The position numbers and the translations under genes are program-made. From contig NW_021836139.1 in NCBI RefSeq assembly GCF_006345805.1, forward strand, positions 124,001 to 188,000: a DNA stretch of 64,000 bases. Reading direction: 5' to 3'. Every line of letters begins with the position of its first letter. Position 1 is the first letter of the stretch. The notes beneath the pieces were generated by a model, which worked only from the letters and a program-made list of their open reading frames with translations, was not told where the DNA came from and searched no databases. Positions 24,479 through 37,180 of this stretch are shown in pieces. Origin of the DNA: Octopus sinensis (Eukaryota).

Positions 24479-25429
24479 CACATACACATACCTATGTATG
24501 GAGATTTTAGTACTTGAATAGAAAATGTACTTTCGTAGTTTACACGTTAAATTTTATGAATTTTTATAGTCAACATAATTAATTCAGAGATCATTAGAAA
24601 GCTAGTTAGAAATACTTAATAAGTTAGAAAAATAGAAAACTTTCTTGAATTTTTTTTTTTTTTTGAGCAAATTTGGGTAACCTCTGGACATGCGTCACTA
24701 TTTTTTATGATCTCAACATTGATGCGTACATTTCATCGCATTCACCAAATTAAAGATGGGAGAATTTCTATGTAAATGTCCATTAATATACATTAGCTGG
24801 TGCAGAAAAAATAGAATTGTTTAGAGGATAAATAACTAGAGACACCATCTACATACAAAACAATACTTAAGTTAGTGTTGGAGCATAATTAATACAGAAA
24901 GCATTTTGAAAGCTAACTAGAAATGATTATGCGGTGAGGAAAATAAGAACATGAGTCAACAACTAATACTATCCAATACTACTTTAATTATTTCAGCTTT
25001 GAAAGGAACTTACTTTAACGTTAATGAACTTAAATGTTTAAGAATGAATAAAAGTGATAAAGTATCACGGAAACATACTAAAATAAAGAGACGAAAATGA
25101 AAAAAAAAAAAAGAAGAAAAAAATGTTCTTGTAAGAGTGAAGCAAAATATGAGTTTAAAAATATGAACAAAAGAAAGAGTAAAAAAAACCCACAAAAACA
25201 AAAATAAAGAATGCAAAGAAAGGAGAAAACAAAAACAAAATTATTGAAGAAAAGAACAGAAAAATATGACAAACAATTTTGAGAAAAGATGTGCTAATTT
25301 TGTTGTTGGTGGTATTGATGGTGATGGTTGTGGTTTGTTAGTGTTGTTTAACCTTAGATCAGTTTGTCTATGATCAAAGGCATTGCAGTCGCGACCTTCC
25401 CATCCCTTCATTGCAACATAGCGTACCTA

Positions 25430-25657
25430 TTTCTTTACTACCCACAAGGAGCTAAACACAGAGGGGCAAACAAGGACAGACAAACGGATTAAGTCGATTA
25501 CATCAACCCCAGTGCGTAACTGGTACTTAATTTATCGACCCTGAAAGGATGAAAGGCAAAGTCAACCTCGGCGGAATTTGAACTCAGAACGTAGCGACAG
25601 ACGAAATACCGGTAAGCATTTCGTCCGGCGTGCTAACGTTTCTGCAAGCTCGCCGCC
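25430..25657 (-). mobile_element. tRNA-derived SINE family B monomer with an 11-bp TSD (tagcgtaccta, 25419-25429 / 25658-25668)
   Basis: A-box-like 'gagcttgcagaaacgttagc', B-box 'gagttcaaatt', central 'cctttcatcctttc.gggtcgataaa' (resembles the Meta domain; from recall) and an AAGAAAT tail. The TSD was read directly. Confidence 0.92.
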
Positions 25658-26464
25658 TAGCGTACCTAGGACTATATTATTTCAAAGCATTCTGTATTTT
25701 TGAAAAACAGCAGGCTGTGGTTTAGAGTGATTTGGATGTTATTTCTAATAGATCGAACGACTGCTAAGATGTTAACACATTGATATAATGGCCATAAAAC
25801 ATAACTCAGCAAACATGCCAAGATTGTATATTATGAGAGAAACAACAACTTAGCTTGCTCTTGTAGAAGATGATATTTCAATCTTTATAGCATTAAATTT
25901 TTATTTATTCTACCATAGTATTTGATAATTCAAAATGAAAATATCACTAACAGCAAAAAAACAACAACAAACAAACTAACAAACAAATGAAATATAAAGA
26001 AGAGATATATATGAAAACAATTGGTCATCTGTTTTGATATTAATAGCTTAACTGTAAGAGTACAACAGTGAAGCTAACAACTCTGTGAAAATATAAAGAA
26101 AAATATTGTATTTTAAATGAAATTCTTCAAATGGATGAATAGTTTTTCATGGATAAAAAAAAGGAAGCAAACAAATTGCAAATAAACGTATTTAGAAATT
26201 AGTGAGAAATGAATATTTGTTGTGATAAATTGATATCTACAATAACTCATACTGATACACACTAATATACTCATAGAAATTCACACATACAACGATATTC
26301 CCACACCGTACACGCATCAACTACTCTAATACACAAACGAATATACATACAAATATACACTCGAATGCAAACACAAACTCCACAAGCATACACCCATAAA
26401 CACAAACACGCACATATAAATACATGAATATATATACATATGTATGATATATATATAAACATAC

Positions 26465-26538
<74 letters not shown>

Positions 26539-27730
26539 ATATATACACGCACGCATACTCACACACATATATACACACATACCGACACACAAATGTGTAC
26601 AAACACACACACACATTTATACAATCCCATACGTATATTAACGTGTATATATTAAATTGAAAGTAGGATCGAAAACAACAATAAATAAATAAATAAATGA
26701 TGCTGGTTTATTCGTATTCATGGTTTTTTTCCATTTCTAATAAATCGCAACACTAAAAGAAATATTATGTAATAACTGTTTTATTAATGTGTATGTGTGC
26801 ATGGATGTGTGTTTTAGTCCGTACATAAATCATAAACGATTTATTTAATAAACATATATATTTTGTTGTGAAAATTTAATCTGTGAATTTTTAGTAGCTG
26901 AGTGGAGTGAGAAATCACTTCTCACAGGTTTCGTATATATATATATATTAATGTTCACCGGAGTTGCTCGCTACGTCTCTTAAATTCAGAAGCTAAGAAC
27001 AATCACCTAGAAAACATAAAGCAAATTTTACACGAGCAATGTCATTTAAGTGGCGATAGATTGACACAAGAAGTTTGTTAACCAAGGCACCGACACAGGC
27101 TTGTTTGTATAAATAAATAAAGAGAAATCGTAAACATTACATTCCAAGAATGTAAGTTCATAAAATACACTGTATATAGCTCTCATAGATTGGTAGGTTA
27201 GGAAACCCGTTAGCACATCGGACTAAATGCCTTGTGGTATTTAACTCGGAATTTAAATATTCTGAGTTGAAAGCAAGAACTAGCTTATGGTTTCCAGCTA
27301 AGACTTAATGTGTATGACCCTTAATGTAAATCAAAGTTGTTCGAGAAGCAGTTTTGTAGTATACGAACCAATTGTTCTCAGACAAAAAGTGTGTAACAGG
27401 ATGAGAGATTCCCGCACTGGATGGGTGCAGCTCGCATCCTTTACACCAAATATTAATTGAAGAAAGAGTCAAGATTTTCCGTTAACTTTATGAGTATAAA
27501 TATTTATTCTTTGATTCGCAATATAAACATTTCATTCCTCTGGGTGAATCGGCAACCTAGGAGCTTATTGGCAGTAATCTAGTGGAGTGAGTCAATCCTG
27601 CCCGCTCAAGCATAGCGGGGATGCGCCACGAGGTAGCAGCCCGAGAGAGCTGCTAGAGACACGTCTGTATCGTTCAGCTGCTAGCATCAAAAGAGAGAGA
27701 TACAAGAGAATTTCGCTGCTGCTAGTTTTC

Positions 27731-27815
27731 TGCGTATGCGCATGAGGGAACTTCCGGCAGGCCTTCCGGAAGATTCTAACCCTGCGCATGGGCGCTGAAG
27801 ATTTCCAAGATGGCG
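27731..27815. promoter_or_regulatory. Candidate TATA-less housekeeping promoter: NRF1-like, ETS and YY1 motifs in a CpG-rich patch
   Basis: TGCGTATGCGCA 27731-27742; ACTTCCGG 27750-27757; palindromic CTTCCGGAAG 27763-27772; TGCGCATG 27783-27790; CAAGATGGCG 27806-27815. Confidence 0.6.
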
Positions 27816-29650
27816 TCACTACATGTGTATGAAATTCGACCCTAGCGCTAATTTCAGACGCGGCCAGGGTTTTAATCATGAAATCACAGAGCATTTACTC
27901 TAGAATGAACCTAACACACCAAGTTATAAATTCAATGTATTTTACAATGCTAGCAAAGTAAACATCAAGAACCTATATGAAATCAGATTAAAATTTGCAT
28001 CAATACTCAATCATCACATCCTCCACGCTTACTTTTTGATATGAAATATAATTGTGGTAACTCTATCCATTGCAATTAGTTCCGCAGCTGACAATTATTG
28101 TATTCCTCTAGTGATAATAATAAAAGTGTGGGTCTTAAATAGACTAACGATGATGACATAGCCTCGAATATTATACAACAAATGACATTCTACATGAGAG
28201 TAATTGTAAACTGCAAATTTAGCAAGCTAAAATAAAACGGATACTGATGCAACATAATCTATCATTCTGGGGTTTGGTGTAAGCAAAAGCAATTAATCAT
28301 CAAACCTACTGACAGAAATTTAACTTCTTATTATGGATTAAATCTAGAGGTATTTGGGGCTGAAACAGTTTTGCTTCAAAAGATAAGTTATTATCACTGC
28401 AGAGCAAAAGTTATTGTCCCCATTTTGGGAATGCATCAAAAATACATCTTTAAGAGGATAAAAAAAAACTTGCACAATACCTTGTTTTGGCAACATTCAT
28501 TATTGATTGTGGAACAACTCTCAACTGATGAGGTTCCAGCAACAAAATAGTAAGCCTACAGCATATTTTAGTCGTTCCCTTAATAATCAAAGATAAATTT
28601 TAGAAATATTGAATGTGGAAGCTAAACTGTGGTATGTTATATTGAAAAACTGAGGTATATTTTTACTCGAAGAATTTTTATATACTTGTCACTGACAACC
28701 AGCCATTGCAGTTTTTTTCAAAGTTTCTCGATTATTGCTCGCGAGTTTTTAGTTGATTGCCTGATAAACCTTCATGCAATCATATCAAGTTAACAAATAT
28801 CATGCAGTATCTGGTGCATGCAAGTTATCTCCAACCAAGAAACCACTAAACAGGAAATTGAGACAAAATGTTATTGCAGAAACGATATAATAAAATTTCC
28901 AGTATACGCACGTTGGTTCGTACTATTAAAAATATCTGTTAATCATGATAATATCATCAATGGATTGACACCACCAGCATCTCCTGATCTCGCAAAAGCG
29001 GTAGCTCATGTGATTCTTTGTTGAAACACGTTAGCATCACCTATGTCTCAAGCGATTACTGCTGGTAATATGCAACCCCCAACACACCAAATACTGCCAA
29101 TTTCTACGTAATTTAACTAGTACTAGAGCATCATCAGACGACGGAGGGCGGGGTGTGGATCTCAAAACGAAGTAGGAATCCACAAAGATAATGTCTGATA
29201 CGAAATATGATGTTTTGAGCTTGAAGCAATATTTCCATTCATTTAAATTATATATACGCATGTTCAGCAAGCGAGAGACGGGAATGAAATGAATATGCTT
29301 CTCCATCTTGAATCCTTGTTTTGGTATCCCACTCAGATAATGGTGAACCACGAAAGTCATAACAGATGTCTTAAGAACTGAACTTAGCCATTTACTATTG
29401 TGGACTTAAATATATCTATCTACACATATTTCAAATATATCTATCTACACATATTTCAAAAATGATTACGCATTCTATGCGTTGAATGTAGCACTTCAGA
29501 ACGCGATGTCTAAAATATACTAAAGAACAAAAGTTTACTCTCTCTCTCTCTTCCTCTCTCACTCTTTCTCTCTCTTTCTCTCTCTCTCACACACACACAT
29601 ACTCACGCACGCCGCACTCACACACGTGAGCACACACGCAAACACATATG

Positions 29651-30144
29651 TATTTCTTATTTCTTTACTACCCACAAGGCAAAGTCGACCTCGGCGGAAT
29701 TTGAACTCAGAACGTAGCGGCATACGAAATACCTATTTCTTTACTACCCACAAGGGGCTAAACACAGAGAGGACAAACAATGACAGTCAAACGAGTTAAG
29801 TCGGTTAAATCGACCCCAGTGCGTAACTGGTACTTATTTAATCGACCCCGAAAGGATGAAAGGCAAAGTCTACCTCGGCGGAATTTGAACTCAGAACGTA
29901 GCGGCATACGAAATACCTATTTCTTTACTACCCACAAGGGGCTAAACGCAGAGAGGACAAACAAGGACAGACAATCGGATGAAGTCGATTATATCGACCC
30001 TAGTGCGTAACTGGTACTTATTTAATCGACCCCGAAAGGATGAAAGGCAAAGTCTACCTCGGCGGAATTTGAACTTAGAACGTAGCGTCAGAAGAAATAC
30101 TGTTAAGCATTTCGCCCGGTGTGCTAACGATTCTGCCAGCTCGC
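29651..30144 (-). mobile_element. SINE family B head-to-tail multimer (184-bp unit)
   Basis: Junction 'cgaaatacc|tatttctttac' at 29733/34 and 29917/18. Only the last unit keeps the full tRNA head. Confidence 0.92.
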
Positions 30145-31350
30145 ACACACATATGTATTTCTGCACACAAGCATAGACAAACTTATATACGTAACACCCG
30201 TCACGCCTATGCACATATGTGCACGTATGTATATATATGTATCAGTGTAAATATAAATTTACATATATGTATAAATATGTGTGTGTGTTGCGTGCGTGTG
30301 TGTATGTATGCATGTATATATGCATGCATATGTATGTACGTATGTATGCATGCGCGTCAGTGTGTGTGTGCGAGAGTGTGATAGGCAGTCATAGACATTT
30401 ACACAAACGTAAATAAGCAAGGTGTGCTTATGTAAATGAAATAATTATTTGTGTACATATGCCAGACGTATTGCGAAGTATCTGTTGCTTTTGAAGTGCT
30501 GTGTAATGTTTTCGATAGATTTAGATTAAATTTAAAGCGATTCAGCTTTTCAATATTGTTCATTTATTGATATTTCAATTACACGAAAGTGACCAACCTT
30601 GTATAATTTCAGTGTGTCTCCCTATGATACGGGTTTGAGTTCTGTCGCATCATCTTTACCACGCATTACTGCTAAGCTTGGTAAATTACGCTCGTATAGT
30701 ATTCTGTGCTGTATTCAATGAATGAAATCGCTCTTCATGTAAAAGTTTAACCCGTGCCGTGTCAATGGAAACTGATATTTCTCGTATATCAATTGTATCA
30801 CTTGTTAAAAATCGAAATTCATTTTCTATGGCATCAACTTTTAGAGAGATATTGAAATGTAAAATGAACTTAGTGGTTTGATTCATAACTTATATTGAAT
30901 TTAAAGTTTCAATTGTGGTCTTTGTAAGAAATACATAATAATTAAATTTGGTACTTTATCATAATTAGAACCAATTAATAAATGTTGCCTTAAGGTCTGT
31001 CTTTACTTAAAATTGACACTATTGAGATTAAATTCATAAATGGTGCCCGAAGCATTGGCGGCATCCAACTATAACAGTCATATTGTAAGGCACTGAATTT
31101 AAGTTTGTACGTCAGAGAAAATCGAAGTGTCCAGCATTTCAAAAAATCAATTAAAAACGTAAAACAAACTTTAAGATCAATTCGCTATCGTTTTAAAGTA
31201 GTAAGCTTATAGATAACCGAAACTGTGATCTAATCTTAGATTCAAAATATTAGTTTCACATTACGTATATGGATAGCAAGTTAACAACTCAAATTTTCCT
31301 AACTTCTTTTAATATAAAACTAAGAACACTGCACAAATCTCTAAGAAATC

Positions 31351-32604
31351 TATCGGATTGAGTAAAAAATAAACAACCTTTTGAAATTCCTCACAATATA
31401 TTTCAACAATGCAGAAATTTTATTTGTGAAAGTAAGTACCATTACAATCAACACATTTTTGGTAAGGAGTTGCAAGTTTGTTTATTCCGGTAACATAAAA
31501 ATCTGGAGTTCTAGAGCAGATGAACTCTTTGAACGCACTTTCAGCATCGGTTTAATTTTTGAACTCCTTCTCTCGCAGGAAACCATTAGAGTGCTTGAAA
31601 ACGTGGTAGTCGATAGGAGAAAGGTCTGGGAAATAAGCTGGATGGGGAAGAACTTCGTGGCCAATTTCACTCATTTACTGGATGTCATTAGTAAAACATG
31701 TCATCGAGCATTGTCCTGAAGAATAATTGAGCCTCTTCTATTGACCAGTCTGGGACGGAGGAGTAGCAGTTTTTCGTTAATTTTGGCAATTTGATGACAA
31801 TATGTTTCTGTATTGATAATTTTTCCGAATTTTAAGAAGTTATAGTGGATGAGTCCAACAGTACACCGCCTTTTTGAAGAGCTCGGTTTAGGGAGGGTTT
31901 TCGGTGCTTCATTTTGGTCCAACCACTGCTAAGAACGTTTTTTTTTTTTTGAAATATTGTACAGAATCAACTTTTCATCGCAAGTTACAATACGGATCAG
32001 TCTGGTTACGGAGAAAAAACGACGAGCAAATTTCATATCTGTGCACTTTCTGGTTTTCATTCAAATCGTGTGGTGTCCATTTGTCGAGCTTTTTTGTTTT
32101 CCCGATCGCATAAAAATGGTTACAGGCAGTTTTCTAGCTAACTTGAAGTTCTTTTGTCAGTTCCCGAGTGGAATTTACGTGGATCTTTCTCAATGAAGGT
32201 CTTTCATTGACCTTCATCGATGACAGATAGGCGTCTACTAGGCTCACCATCTTCAAGGCTCAGGTCTCCACTGCGAAATCGTTTGAGCCATTTTCGAGCT
32301 CACCACTCACTGGTCATTTCCATACCAAACGCTTCGTTGATATCGCGAGCAGTTTCGGCTGCTTTACGTCCTGTTTTGAAGTTGAATAGCAACATTTTTC
32401 GAATATCGCACTTTGACAGTTTCATTTCAGATGCTTGTAACAACGATGAAAAAATATCAATGTTAATTTATTGATGCATTTGGGCAAGTCTGTGTCTCTG
32501 TCAGACAATTGCAGAAGTGTTTTAAAAAAATTCAAAATTCTGCAAAAATCCGATACACATTCTCCATGGTTCAAAACGTTGCTTACTTTTTACTCAACCT
32601 GATA
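31351..32604 (-). mobile_element. Full-length decayed mariner element
   Basis: TA-flanked imperfect TIRs (tatcggattgagtaaaaaataaacaac / gttgcttactttttactcaacctgata), ~1.25 kb. Peptides 'GLIHYNFLKFGKIINTETYCHQ...IILQDNAR' and 'YFPDLSPIDYHVF'. Confidence 0.9.
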
Positions 32605-32629
32605 TTTATTACACAGGGATGGAATATAA

Positions 32630-32679
<50 letters not shown>

Positions 32680-33434
32680 TAATTTGTATTCATAATACTG
32701 ATTTAATTTCTATTTACTTTTTTGCAGCAGAATATTATTGAAGTAGTTTATAGTTCACCAGGGATTTGTCAAAATATAACGCTTAAAACTATGAAAACGT
32801 CTGAAAATATTCTAATGAGCATAAGAAACAAAAGCAGTTATTTTGGTTTGTGAAACGTTATTGCATTGATAAGCTAAATGGATATTAGGTATACCAAGAG
32901 CAATTTTTAATATAATTTCATAGGAAAGATTCCGGCTTTCAATAAAATAAAACTGCAAATCACTTAATTAAGCCATCTATAAAAGCAACAAGAAATTGAT
33001 GAATATCGTGATATTGACACCTTCACAGTTGTCCGTAGGCTTGTAGAACTCGACATTGTCTCATTCCTGTCTGAAAGCTTGATACAGAGAAGAGTGACAG
33101 GAAATTACAGGAGATGATAAAGAGTTATTATTCATGTAGGGGAGAAGAGATCAAACAGAGAAAAGTGGAAGGCGAAAAAGATGAAGGGAATTTGAGAGAG
33201 TAAGATGCGGAAAGAATAAGAGCACTAGAGAAATAGGATAGTTAGTTTAAGACACAAAGAGTATGTTTAATTTTGCGTTATTAGTGACAACCACAAAAAC
33301 GTTATCAACAGAATTATTCACACACGTCAGCTCACCAGATACATGCAGATAATAAAATACACATACGCACAATTAGAATTACAATCATAAATTGTCTACA
33401 CATGCATATGTGCCTGATTATTTTTATACATATA

Positions 33435-34535
33435 TATAGTGTATCCCTCAAACTTTGTACACTTTAATAGTTGATAACTCAAGTTTTAATATCGTTTTAA
33501 ATTTAGCCCATAAGAAATAATTAACGGAGCTTGGTTAAGCTTTGAACAAGACTCTTTTCCTCGCTTAGTGCTACAATTCTGGAGGGATTTTTAAAGAGAT
33601 CCTCCTATGGAATTTTATGAAGTGTAGCAAATGCCCACATGAAATATTCCAGAACACTGTGGACATCGATGAGTCCCAAAGATCCTGAAAGGTCATCAGA
33701 AATGCTGCTACTGCAAGTGAGTCATAGAAAAAGAATTTCACAATAAGCACCAGTTGCATTTTGAAGCACTATCTGTACTCTCAATGAAGATGTGTACGCG
33801 ACGCACATTTTCCAATAAAGAAAAAAAGTTGTTTGGAATCAGGAGGCTACACTTAAATTAAACATCCCAGTTAATCGTTACAATTGCACCTATTGAGAAC
33901 CTGTAAATCCGAATATTACAGAAGAGCATTATGTTAATTTACCAGGAGTTACATTATCGTATCTTACCATCAAAAGGATTAACTGGACCACTCCTTTTGG
34001 ATGTTACTGTGACCGGTCCCACTTATTTGCACCAGAATATCTGTCATGGCAAGTATTCAAGAGGACTTTGAGCATGTGCAGTTTCATTCCAATCAAGATG
34101 GGGTAATCCACATTATCATAGTAATGTAATGGCCTAACTCGGGGAGATTTTCTTTCCAAACAGGTGAACTGGACAATGGGATTCAGTAGAATACCGTCTG
34201 CATTCATCAGACTTCATACCACAAGAATTTTCGAGATGGTGGGAAGTAAACTCAAAAGATAAAGTTTACGGTACAAAACCGCCAACAGTCGATGAATTGA
34301 GAGTAGCCATTAAACATGAGTGCGCGAAAATTCCAAACGAATTGTTTCTTGATGTTTAAGATTTTAGTGGTTCAAGTTATGAGTAGTGCTCGGACCAGAG
34401 CGGTCATCAGCTTGAAAAGAGGTGTTTCTAAAATGATTCGTTCTGACCTGTAGATGGTATTAAATTTTGATAACGAAATGTGTTTTAGTAAACATTGACT
34501 ATAGATATTCCTTGCAACCGAGACACCCTGTTTAT
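33435..34535 (+). mobile_element. Decayed Tc1/mariner (DD37D/maT-like) transposase element
   Basis: Frame-broken 'NPNITEEHYVNLPGVT..SKGLTGPLLLDVTVTGPTYL...IQEDFEH..QDG..PHYH...FPNR*TGQWDSVEY...KDKVYGTKPPTVDELRVAIKHECAKIPNELF'. The right end 'gagacaccctgt' is TIR-like. Confidence 0.8.
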
Positions 34536-35150
34536 ACATACATGGTGGTTGCCCCCTCGTTATCGAGTATGGCCATTACACGAAGCTTAATCAATGTTGT
34601 TATCGTGCAATGCCTGTGCAAGAAGATTTTTTTAAGTGAGGAAAGGCTGTGCACAGAATCAATCCCACTCACTAAGCAACAGCAGCCATAATCCGAAAAG
34701 AAGAACAAGTCAACATCATCGGTAACCACTGAGCCGCAGGTTTTATGTTGGAGTTATCCCAGTTACCTGAGTTACCTTCTCCTAGAAGGATACCCTAACA
34801 AAGACTATGAGTTCTTCACTCCCAATGGTTTAACCGCGCGATCGGGTATTCAGTCCGATTATTTCTATGTCGGGTATTCAATCCGATTATTTCTATGTCC
34901 CCGCGCATGATACAGCATTTATTGGATGGCCGTTGACTCTCAAGAGTTCGTCCGCCCTTTGACGGGTTTTGCTTTTCATCCTGCAGGGTATCCAATAAAC
35001 ACCATCCTCACCAAGCAAGCTTGGTGGGGTTGCCGGTTTAATCGCCGATGACCCGACCATGCAACAGGTTGTACTGGGTTAGATATTACCAGTAGCACTC
35101 GAAAGTGGCCTCAATACATACATACATACCTACATATATACATACATACA

Positions 35151-35181
<31 letters not shown>

Positions 35182-35212
35182 GTGCGTGTGTGCGTGTGTG
35201 TGTGTGTGTGTG

Positions 35213-36489
35213 TATTCGAGGACACACCCCAAAACAACCGGAAACGTTCTCTGCGAGACAAGCCGTTTGTAGTTCAGGCTTCTGCCGTTAGAAGCCACTT
35301 GATGCAATTCTCCGGCATCAATCTGCCAACCGGTGACGTCGAGTGAAGTCGTATTGTCACGTTGTGCGTCTTTGTTTTGCAGTGCTTCTCCCTTGTTCGT
35401 CGATTTTTGCAATGGCTGAAACGAAGGAACAGCGTGCCTCCGTGATATTCTGTTTTCCGCTGTGGAAAACGGTGGTTGAAACAATTGCCATGTTTCATAC
35501 AACTTACAAAGATGCTATCATGAGCAAAACACAAGTTTACGAGCAGTTTTCAAGCTTTAGGAATGATCCCCTGTCGCTTGAAGACCAGTCTCGCTTAGGG
35601 CAACCGTCGACTTTCCGAACATCACGAAAATTCATGAACTGATCTTGGAAGATCGTCGCCGAAAAATTGATGAACTTGTTGATATGAGTGGAGTATCCTG
35701 GAGCTCCTGCCAACGAATTTTGAGCGAGGAATTGCGAATGAAAAGAATTGCTGCAAAATTTCTACCTCGCTTGATTTGCTCACGGAAAATCAAAAGCAGG
35801 CACGGCTGAATGCATGTCGTGAACTGAAAGAACAGTCGGAAGTTGATCCGGACCTTTTTCCGAAGGTCATCACTGGTGACAAAGGCTGTAGCTACGGCTG
35901 CGCTCCGGAACCGAAGCAGCAATCAAGTCAATGGATGTATTCAATGTCACAACGCCTCTCCCCACCAAAGCGTGTCGAGTAAAGTCCAATGTCAAGATGA
36001 TGTTGATTTGCTTCATCGATGCGAAAGGAATTGTTCACGCAGAATTTGTTGCTCCTGGTCAAGCATTTTACTTGGCAGTTCTGAAGCGCTTGTAGGACGC
36101 AGTGAGACGAAAACGCCCCTGGAGAGTGATAGTTTCATCACGACAATGCGCCACCGTACACTGCCTTGAGTGTGAGACAGTTTTAATTTACCCATTCTCC
36201 CTATTCACCCCATCTTATTTCATGCGACGTCTTCCTTTTCTTCCGAATGAAAACAAAGTTCTTAAAGTTTTGCAGATGTGGAAGAGATGAAGAATAAAAC
36301 GACGGAGGCGTTATAAGGCATCACTTCGCATGAGTTCCAGCACTGCTTCTAACAGTGGAAGACGTGTCTGGACCGATGCATTGCTTCAAATAGAGAATAT
36401 TTTGAAGGCGATAAAAGTATAAACACGTAAAACTAAGTGGATAAAATATAAATTTCAAAATTCCGATTTCTTTTAGGTTTCCCCTCGTA
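35213..36489 (+). mobile_element. Full-length decayed mariner (irritans-like) element
   Basis: 'EQRASVIFCF..KTVVETIAM...SKTQVYEQFSSFRN...EDQSRLGQPST', 'VITGDKG...PEPKQQSSQW' and 'HHDNAP'. The ends resemble TACGAGGG TIRs (tattcgagg / cccctcgta). Confidence 0.88.
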
Positions 36490-36562
36490 TACATACATAA
36501 TACATACATACATACATCATACATACATACATACATACATACATACATACATGTAGACATGT

Positions 36563-36625
<63 letters not shown>

Positions 36626-37150
36626 ACAGACGTGCATTCATAAGTACATCATGCTTACAAATGTACATACAGAGACATACATTAGGTGTGTGTATGTACG
36701 TATGTGGGTGTGTGGGTGTGTACAAGTATAGGGAAACACAGAGACCCAGACAATAGTTACCGTACTACCAAATCGTGTTCTTGTATGTACTAAAATAATA
36801 GTAAAAGGAAAACGGTAGTTTGGTTTCAAAGAAAAGTAGAAACCATTGCTATGAAGCAAGAGAGATGGTACTAAATGGGTCACCACGCCTTACGTAGAGT
36901 CTCATTTGCTTCTTATACATGTTCATTATATGTATGTTTATATGAAAATTTGATAATAAAATATAGTGATCTCTTAAGCTTCATTTTATAAATTTTCTCT
37001 TTACTTCTACTAACGGCATCATGCCTCAACGTGATGGCACCACCTGCAACAAACAATAACCACATTTCCCTCAAATCATACGTAACTCTTTTAAACGAAA
37101 GAACATATTACTTAGTATGTTCTTTAACATATTAACATGAGTTATTATGT

Positions 37151-37180
37151 TAAACATATTAACATATGTTAATATGTTTA
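37151..37180. repeat. Perfect 30-bp AT-rich palindrome within a TAACATA/TATGTTA array (37125-37235)
   Basis: taaacatattaacatatgttaatatgttta equals its own reverse complement. Confidence 0.95.

Noticed and set aside
28810-29400. Moderately GC-rich unique segment with short ORFs and a GC box
   Set aside because: All frames are interrupted and no homology was recognised.
29651-30144. Regularly spaced direct repeats suggestive of a CRISPR array
   Set aside because: Whole 184-bp SINE units are repeated with no unique spacers; eukaryotic context and no cas genes.
30560-30890. Minus ORF 'IDIREISVSIDTARVKLLHEERFH' resembling a Tc1-type HTH
   Set aside because: Similarity too weak; no TIRs or catalytic motifs found.
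33568-34260. Apparent spliced exons (…MLLLQ|ELHYRILPSKGLTGPLLLDVTVTGPTYL…) with good GT/AG signals
   Set aside because: The peptide continues across frames into a DD37D-type transposase (QDG..PHYH..FPNR..KDKVY..PTVDELR), so it is a decayed transposon, not a host gene.
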